Of a DNA stretch of 64,000 nt, positions 57,258 through 64,000 are shown piece by piece. Below the pieces are notes generated by a model. The model was not told the DNA's origin and made no database searches. It saw only the letters and a program-made list of their open reading frames with translations. How positions within the stretch are numbered: the stretch's first letter is position 1; every line of letters starts with the position of its first letter. The DNA is from Clostridia bacterium (GTDB lineage Bacteria > Bacillota > Clostridia > UBA1212 > DUPL01), in assembly GCA_050951325.1 (NCBI GenBank), contig JBMNIW010000007.1:1-64000 (forward strand), in the 5' to 3' direction. Made by a program: the position numbers and the translations under genes.

Positions 57258-58676
57258 TCAATAAGGTAATTCTACTCCATTTAATAATTGCCGGTAAGTG
57301 TATGTACATAAATAAGTTGATTCTCCACCTGAGTTATATATATCAATTCTATATACATCAATACCATTCTCATTTAATACAGCTCTTAGATCATGACTCC
57401 AACTAACAAAGTCCTGCCATTTATTATCTCTGAAGCTATAGATTTTAAACTTGCAGCATCTGTAACCCTGTCCGAATGATTCTCCTGCATATGCAAAATA
57501 TCTTTCACCCTCATACTCAAACTCTTTAAAATGACTTTCATCATTCTCTTCAAAATGATACTTTCCAACTAACTTATATTCATCATCAAAAGCAGCGAAG
57601 TACATACTTTCCTGACCCGTAGCATGAGGAGAAAATCTTTTCACAAGCATTATATTATTACCATATTTGTCTTTTCTGTAGTAATCTACTATAAATTCAG
57701 AATTCATATATGGGTTATAGTATACAATGTTTCCATAATAATCTTGCCATAATGTCATATATGGTTCAATATCTACTCCTCCTGTTTCATAACGGCTTGG
57801 ATTATCAGAATATTTTGTATTTAAAATGCTTTCAATCCCCCAATATTCTTCATCCCTTATTGGAAACCTAGATTCTAAGACTATCTCTTCATTATGATCT
57901 AAAAGATGCACATAACATATATCAATAGTGTTCTTTTTTTCAACTATAAACTTAAGGTTATAAACATTCTTTGTTAACCCAGTAAAAGTTAACGGCCACT
58001 TTTCCCACTTGCCCGTTTTGGTTAAATACCAGATGCTTATTGATTCCTGAGTGCCGGGTGGTACTGTTTTTAACATATCGTCATAGTTATCCGATGCACC
58101 TATTAATCCAATATAGTAAGTTCTACACCATTCTATTCCATCATATGTCTTTCTATCATAGTTACCCTTTGATATCCATAGCGTTAATTCTTCAGTACCT
58201 TCTACCGGATTATCGTTTTCATCATATAGTGTAAACCTAAGTTTAACTATAGGGGCATCCGTCAACTCAGCAATACAGACTAACGATGTAGCGCCATTTG
58301 AATATACGACGGTTTTCGCAGTGTCGTCTTTTACATCAGGAGTAGCTGTTGGAGTAGGAGTTGTAGTTGGAGTTGGTGTAGGTTTTATTTCTCCACTAAA
58401 GTATTTGATTATATCATCTTTATATATTCCAAAGGCTATAATTGCAGATATTATCATAACAGCAGCTATCACAGCTACATTTCTGTATATCGTTATATTA
58501 CTTCTTTTTATGATTGATACAGGTTCACTTTTCTCAACAGTTATAAAGTCGTCTTGATCGCTCTTATTTTTTATATATTCTTCTACAAGAGCATGAGTAT
58601 CATCTATAGTCTTTTGGCTTGGTACTAATTTTTCTAACGGTTTTAAATAATCACGTATTTCATTATCGGTTATCAT
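57258..58676 (-). CDS. single-pass membrane protein, probable anti-sigma factor with extracellular domain
   Basis: ATGA overlap with ECF gene, one TM, PTPTPTTTPTPT linker. Confidence 0.7.
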   Translation of the reverse strand: MITDNEIRDYLKPLEKLVPSQKTIDDTHALVEEYIKNKSDQDDFITVEKSEPVSIIKRSNITIYRNVAVIAAVMIISAIIAFGIYKDDIIKYFSGEIKPTPTPTTTPTPTATPDVKDDTAKTVVYSNGATSLVCIAELTDAPIVKLRFTLYDENDNPVEGTEELTLWISKGNYDRKTYDGIEWCRTYYIGLIGASDNYDDMLKTVPPGTQESISIWYLTKTGKWEKWPLTFTGLTKNVYNLKFIVEKKNTIDICYVHLLDHNEEIVLESRFPIRDEEYWGIESILNTKYSDNPSRYETGGVDIEPYMTLWQDYYGNIVYYNPYMNSEFIVDYYRKDKYGNNIMLVKRFSPHATGQESMYFAAFDDEYKLVGKYHFEENDESHFKEFEYEGERYFAYAGESFGQGYRCCKFKIYSFRDNKWQDFVSWSHDLRAVLNENGIDVYRIDIYNSGGESTYLCTYTYRQLLNGVELPY

Positions 58677-59176
58677 TTACTATACCTCCCATCTTTAGTT
58701 AAAATCTCAGAAAGTTCGCTGCGAGCTCTTCTAAGCCATGTGTTTATTGTACTTTTTGTTTTGTTCATCATATTTGCTATCTCTTGTATTGTGTACTCTT
58801 CATAGTAGTAGAGATATAAAATTAAACTATAATTTTTACGTAAGCTATATAGGGCATTTAGCAAGTCAATGTATTCATCACTTATTCCATCTCCATTGTT
58901 AATTACCACTCCTTCTATAGGTACAATTTTATGTCTTATATTATTACGGTAATAATCTCTGCATAAGTTTATCGTTACAGTAATCAACCATGCTTTTATA
59001 TGTTCTTCATCATTAAAGGTTTTTTCTGTTTCAAGTAGTTTTATGAAAGCCTCTTGAACTATATCCTCTGCAGCTTCTTTGTTTTTTACATTTTGAAAAG
59101 ATATACGATATATCATTGAGATGTTGTTATCTATAATTTTATGTATCTGAGCTTTTAGTTCCTCTTTTGTATACAT
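58673..59176 (-). CDS. ECF RNA polymerase sigma factor
   Basis: AAEDIVQEAF, KAWLITVTINLC, YTIQEIA..STINTWLRRAR. Confidence 0.92.
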   Translation of the reverse strand: MYTKEELKAQIHKIIDNNISMIYRISFQNVKNKEAAEDIVQEAFIKLLETEKTFNDEEHIKAWLITVTINLCRDYYRNNIRHKIVPIEGVVINNGDGISDEYIDLLNALYSLRKNYSLILYLYYYEEYTIQEIANMMNKTKSTINTWLRRARSELSEILTKDGRYSK

Positions 59177-59222
59177 TCCTTTCCTCCTACTGTATTACAT
59201 ATATAACACGCACAAACATAGT

Positions 59223-59261
59223 AAATGTACTCAAATATATCAAAAATATCTGAGTACATTT
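59223..59261 (-). terminator. inverted repeat after fucosidase, overlapping the likely ECF promoter
   Basis: aaatgtactca...tgagtacattt. Confidence 0.55.
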
Positions 59262-59292
59262 TAACAGGTATATGTAATTTAGGAAATAGCGA

Positions 59293-60516
59293 TTAATATA
59301 TTGAAAATGCTATATTAGGATTACCTTCTGCTTTTAATATTCTTAAGCGAATCCTTTTTATATACATAGGGGATATTCTATCTATCTTCTTATGGCCGAC
59401 TGCAGTTCCATGAGCTAATTCTACCCAAGAGCCATCGTCTTCTGACTCAACTATGTATTCTTTTACTAGCTCACCCTCCGATATATCTTCCATAAGCACT
59501 ATGTGGGATATTTCAGTAGATTCTTCTAGGTATATTTCAAGCTCTTCTCCTCTTCCTTGTGTTTCACCTAAAGTATTTGAAAAGGTTTTCTCAATCCATT
59601 CTCCGAACTCTTTTACCCTTAAGGTATCACATTCAGGAAGTAAGCCCCTGTTATCGGGTGCTACATTCAGTAGAAGATTTGCTCCGTGACCAACTGAGTG
59701 ATAATATATGTTTTTCAGTTCATCTAAAGATAGTAGGCTAGCTTCATCCTCAGGATGCCAGAACCAATGCAACTTTCTGATAGGTACGTCACATTCAGCA
59801 GGTACCCAGTCCCGAGTTTCAGGTAACCAGGTAAGCATATCATTTGTAACCATAGTTTTTTTAGCTTCTTTTACTGTATTCCAGCAGGGGTATGGCGCAG
59901 TTCCTTCTTCATTGCCTACCCATCTTATTGTTGGTATTCCCATATTGAATATCATTGCATCAGGCTGATATTTATTTACTATTCCAATAATTCTTCTCCA
60001 ATCATATTCACGTCCATTAGAGCCAGCCCCATCAAACCATAATTCAAATAACTCACCATATCCGGTGACCAATTCAGTTAATTGCTTTACATAAAACTCA
60101 TCATATGCCTCTTTATCTGAATAACAAGGTTCATGTCTATCCCATGGAGATAGGTATACGCCAAAATGCATTCCTAGCTCTCGACAGGCTTTTGCACATT
60201 CTGCTACAACATCACCCTTTCCTTCTTTCCAGGGACTTGATTTTACTGAGTAGGATGTAGTATCTGTTTGCCATAAACAAAAACCATCATGATGCTTTGC
60301 TGTCAGTATAAAATACTTAAATCCGGCCTCTTTTGCAGTTTTTATCCACTCATAGGCATTAAGTTGCTGCGGATTGAACAAGGTTGGTGAGTCTTCACCT
60401 TCTCCCCATTCTCGGTTACAAAATGTGTTAAGTCCGAAATGACAAAACATTCCCATTTCTAAGTCCTGCCATCTCTTTTGAGCTTCTGTTGGCTTTGCTA
60501 ATTCACTTTGCTTCAT
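59293..60516 (-). CDS. GH29 alpha-L-fucosidase
   Basis: GMFCHFG, TAKHHDGFCLW, YLSPWD, WFDGA, RWVGNE, LLLNV. Confidence 0.93.
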   Translation of the reverse strand: MKQSELAKPTEAQKRWQDLEMGMFCHFGLNTFCNREWGEGEDSPTLFNPQQLNAYEWIKTAKEAGFKYFILTAKHHDGFCLWQTDTTSYSVKSSPWKEGKGDVVAECAKACRELGMHFGVYLSPWDRHEPCYSDKEAYDEFYVKQLTELVTGYGELFELWFDGAGSNGREYDWRRIIGIVNKYQPDAMIFNMGIPTIRWVGNEEGTAPYPCWNTVKEAKKTMVTNDMLTWLPETRDWVPAECDVPIRKLHWFWHPEDEASLLSLDELKNIYYHSVGHGANLLLNVAPDNRGLLPECDTLRVKEFGEWIEKTFSNTLGETQGRGEELEIYLEESTEISHIVLMEDISEGELVKEYIVESEDDGSWVELAHGTAVGHKKIDRISPMYIKRIRLRILKAEGNPNIAFSIY

Positions 60517-60527
60517 AGTACCTCCTC

Positions 60528-61478
60528 TTATCCTCTTCGCATACATGAGTTTAGTTCTTTTTCTAACTCCTCAAGCGTACATTTATTTTTTATGTAACAT
60601 TGATTTCCATCCATACAATATTCAAATGTGTTAGAACCATCTTCTTTTATAAACGCCTTACCATTGTTTGATATGCTATAGTATTCTCCTTCTCCTTCAA
60701 ACGCAAAATGTACTGCAGTTAAATCCCAACAATTATTTTCTCTTGGTTTTTCAGGCCATCTTCCGTTTATGTACAGGTTGTATGAATGATATACAGGGTT
60801 GCTCTGCCAGTTCCCTGGTATATAACCATTGAAACCTGTCTTAAATCGTTTACCGAACTCATGACCTGAGTAAAACACAGGTACAGGACAGTTATCAAAA
60901 ACACCCTTTGCTGCAGCTACAGCCATTTTCACATTCCAATCAAGTCCTTCAGGAAATTCACAGGCTACTGATACTATTGAATATACTTTCTTTTTAACAA
61001 GCTCTCGTCCTGTTAAATCTGAGTAGGAGTCCGCTTTACTTTCAAATAGATCATACAAAGTAGTAAGTGGTCCTATGGTGATAATTATAGTGCTGTTATC
61101 CTCTGCATTTGCGAGTATTTTTCTGTAGAGCTCAACTGCGCCATACACCTTGAGAGTTTTACTCATATATCTCTCAGAGAAATGTTCTGACAAAAATTTA
61201 TTATAAAAGATGCTTTCTGCTAAAAAGTCTTTCTTCTCATACTGTCCTACAGGTACATCTGGGTAACCGCAGAAACAGCTAAGTGCATCTATTGCGCCTG
61301 AACCATAATCATTTGATGTACAGTTTATAATACCAGCCACTGGTATATTATATCGCTCCGCAAGTGTGTACAGCGTTGCGATAGCACCTACGTCATCTAC
61401 ATCAGGTCCTATATCTGTATCTAATATTACACTCCTTCTATAATCTTTTAATGGTTGAAATTTAATATCATTTGTCAT
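60528..61478 (-). CDS. nucleoside hydrolase family protein
   Basis: DTDIGPDVDD, IGPLT, WDLTAV. Confidence 0.85.
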   Translation of the reverse strand: MTNDIKFQPLKDYRRSVILDTDIGPDVDDVGAIATLYTLAERYNIPVAGIINCTSNDYGSGAIDALSCFCGYPDVPVGQYEKKDFLAESIFYNKFLSEHFSERYMSKTLKVYGAVELYRKILANAEDNSTIIITIGPLTTLYDLFESKADSYSDLTGRELVKKKVYSIVSVACEFPEGLDWNVKMAVAAAKGVFDNCPVPVFYSGHEFGKRFKTGFNGYIPGNWQSNPVYHSYNLYINGRWPEKPRENNCWDLTAVHFAFEGEGEYYSISNNGKAFIKEDGSNTFEYCMDGNQCYIKNKCTLEELEKELNSCMRRG

Positions 61479-61488
61479 AATGCACCTC

Positions 61489-62793
61489 TTATTTTCTTAT
61501 CCTTTGTACTAATGCTGCAAGTAAATCACCCATTTGTTTATGTCCATCTATGTTTGGGTGGATGGAATCACATGTTTTATTTGCCTCTGTTTCAGAATAT
61601 TTAAATACCTTTTCTTTTTTTACACCATAGCCGTATACCGGATCAACGCCTAACATCATATATCCTATATATATGTTATTTTGGAGTGATGTATCATTAT
61701 CCCACTTTTCTAGAATTCTCAAACCGCCCTCCTGCATCAATCTCCTGTAGTATTCGGAATGCTTATTTATTTGACTTTTTACTGAACCGCATATGGGCAT
61801 GTTTATTATAATCTTTATATCTTTACTGTATTTTCTTATTGCATCCACTAAAGAGCTGATACTACTTATATAAACGTCAGCATCCTCCATTCTATTTATA
61901 TCATTTGGACCAAACAGTATCGAAATTATATCAGGAGCATTGAACACGCCGTTATGTATAAATGATCTTTTGTAACAATCCATATATTTTTCAAAACTAA
62001 GCTCCCATTCAGGTTGATTTATCATTTCCTCCCAGATATCGCCATTGTACATCAAGAAGTTTTTACCCCTTGTATGTTCAGGGTCAAACACAACATCGCC
62101 TTTTACAGGGTTTATGGGGTAGCCCTTCTCCTCGTATAAGGGTGAGTTTTCGGAATTGTATGCTACTTTTTGGAATCCATTAAAGTCATATCCTTTGGTA
62201 TCTTCAAACATTACTTGTCTCCAAAAGAATGTATTACCTTTATACCTATTCCCTTCTATTCCGACAGGAAACATAAATGGCGATTGAAATGCCATGTCGT
62301 ATTTAGGTTCTAAATGATTATGATATAAGTAGCTCATGGAACTCCAGCCACCGCGTCCTTCTCTGTTTATTACTTCTCCCTCGTAGCTACGTGTTCCTAC
62401 GGTTACAATATTTGAGAGTACATTTGTAAGATGTTCTATGTATACACCCCAACGTGTTATGCTGTCTCCTATACATAATATATTACAGATTTCTTTACTT
62501 TCTCTTGGTACAACCTCAATTATAGTAGAGGCTTCTTCAATAACATTGAAGTCATAATCTTTTACTTGAATAGTAAATGTGAAAAATGGTTCATTTACTA
62601 TGTACCGATTATTTTCCTCGTTTCCAATTTCAATTCTCCAGAAGTCCTTATACTGCTCTCCGTAGTTGCACTTAATATCAATAATCTTATCATCTATATA
62701 ACCAGTAATTATATTTCTGTAGTATATGTTTAGCTGTTCTATATTGTCTCTGTCGCCTTTTATAGCATATATTTTACGAGGTAATATTATCAT
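61489..62793 (-). CDS. SGNH/GDSL hydrolase (has its own RBS but is in frame with the upstream GH2)
   Basis: IGDSIT, EGRGGW, GPND, DSIHP; AGGAG 7 nt before ATG at 62793. Confidence 0.8.
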   Translation of the reverse strand: MIILPRKIYAIKGDRDNIEQLNIYYRNIITGYIDDKIIDIKCNYGEQYKDFWRIEIGNEENNRYIVNEPFFTFTIQVKDYDFNVIEEASTIIEVVPRESKEICNILCIGDSITRWGVYIEHLTNVLSNIVTVGTRSYEGEVINREGRGGWSSMSYLYHNHLEPKYDMAFQSPFMFPVGIEGNRYKGNTFFWRQVMFEDTKGYDFNGFQKVAYNSENSPLYEEKGYPINPVKGDVVFDPEHTRGKNFLMYNGDIWEEMINQPEWELSFEKYMDCYKRSFIHNGVFNAPDIISILFGPNDINRMEDADVYISSISSLVDAIRKYSKDIKIIINMPICGSVKSQINKHSEYYRRLMQEGGLRILEKWDNDTSLQNNIYIGYMMLGVDPVYGYGVKKEKVFKYSETEANKTCDSIHPNIDGHKQMGDLLAALVQRIRK

Positions 62794-64000
62794 TTTAGTT
62801 CTCCTTTTGTATGGTTTTAGAGTAAACACAAATTTAGCGGGTTTAGGATATAGCTTGTATTTTTCTATTTGCTCTGGACCACAGCTTCTATTACCTAAAC
62901 CATTTTGCTTGTAATCTAAATACAAAATTATATTGTCACGAGGTATTAGTTCATTTGTATGTTGTGCAGAGTCTATATCTTGCGGATAATATCTATGTGC
63001 TGATGCAGACATTACTTCCTCCGGAATTGCAATAATGCCATTGCCTTTTTCATCAGTTAATGCTACCCATCTTACTTCCTCCTTGTTGCCCATCTCCTGT
63101 GGATAGATATAGTAGTCTACTGCATTTGTAATTTGACAATTAAATACACCTATTTCTACTCCTGCTTTGCGATCAGGATAGCTTTCCTGAGGACCTAGTC
63201 CATACCATGTTATATTGTCATAGCATTTATTTAGACTCATCATAATTCCGAGTCTTGGCAAAATCGGCAGCATACCAAAAGGCTTAATTTCATTTTCAAC
63301 ACGAACTGTACCGTCTGAGTAAATTATATAATTTATGTAATGTTCAAAGCCGGTATCCTGCTCGCCTAAATATTTTACATAAACATATATTTCCGCTTTA
63401 TTTGTATCAGTATTCTTTACTATAAAATCACATTGCTTTTGTTTTAATGTATTAAGTCCTACTTCATACCATCCATTTTTATCTAAAACATATGAGCTTT
63501 TACTATCATTATCCGTAGGAGCGCGAAAAACATTTAAAACAGGTCCGTGTGTGTCTATTATGTTATTATCTTCATAGTTTAATTTATTTATTGTACCTGT
63601 TTTTTTATCAAATACAATCTCAAAAAGTTCGCCTTTTACTAAGCAAAGGTCTTTTTCTTCCTTTATAAATAATTTACTATTAAGAGCAATTTCATTTATA
63701 GATTCACATATATATGAACCCATTACTTTTATCTGTTCCCATGCAACACAAAAGTTCTTTTCTGCCCATAACTTATTTTCTTTAAGGCTAAAGTTTAATT
63801 TTAAATAGTACTCTTTTTCTTCAATCATTTTTACATTCTTTAAAGGGACAGTAAGTACCTTATTTTCACCAGGCTCGATATTTCCACATTCTATTACTCC
63901 GTGAGTTATCGGTAATCCATTTTCTGCGAGTGTCCATTCTACCTTAAATTCATTTAGATTTGTAAATGAATACCCATTTGTAACTCTAATCTCACCTTTT
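62794..64000 (-). CDS. GH2 beta-galactosidase, C-terminal part (5' end outside window), no stop before the SGNH gene
   Basis: FRAPTDND, WYGLGPQESYPDRK, YIYPQEMGN, GLGNRSCGP; frame open to the window edge (VTNGYSFTNLNEF). Confidence 0.88.

Noticed and set aside
815-62914. Numerous 60-200 aa antisense or alternate-frame ORFs in the track
   Set aside because: They overlap well-supported genes, lack RBS and motifs, and are typical shadow ORFs
1-64000. CRISPR array, rRNA, intact transposase/integrase or prophage
   Set aside because: No regularly spaced repeats or such protein motifs were seen

Overview
AT-rich chromosomal window from a spore-forming Clostridia-like Firmicute (Shine-Dalgarno usage, Gram-positive LexA boxes, sporulation-type promoters). 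It opens with a probably degraded island next to the 3' end of a tRNA-Leu(TAG), carrying an ECF sigma factor with a long C-terminal extension. A mixed housekeeping stretch follows: ECF/anti-sigma pair, mntP, amidase, Rsm22-like methyltransferase, sulfatase/AraC, LexA-boxed dinB cassette, mscS, opp ABC operon, zupT, hcp with its Crp/Fnr regulator, a broken MBOAT/DHHW acetylation locus, small redox genes and a c-di-GMP phosphodiesterase. The most striking feature is a family of four paralogous surface-anchored GH99-like proteins that lack the second catalytic Glu of GH99. One is fused through a transmembrane hairpin to a sugar solute-binding domain, while the neighbouring stand-alone binding protein is internally deleted and no permease is present. 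Several other deletion scars, two unannotated small ORFs with sporulation-type promoters, and a more AT-rich glycan-catabolic block at the right end (ECF pair, GH29, nucleoside hydrolase, GH2-SGNH in-frame fusion) are also visible. All calls come from motif recognition by eye; no searches were run. No CRISPR array, rRNA or intact mobile element was seen.
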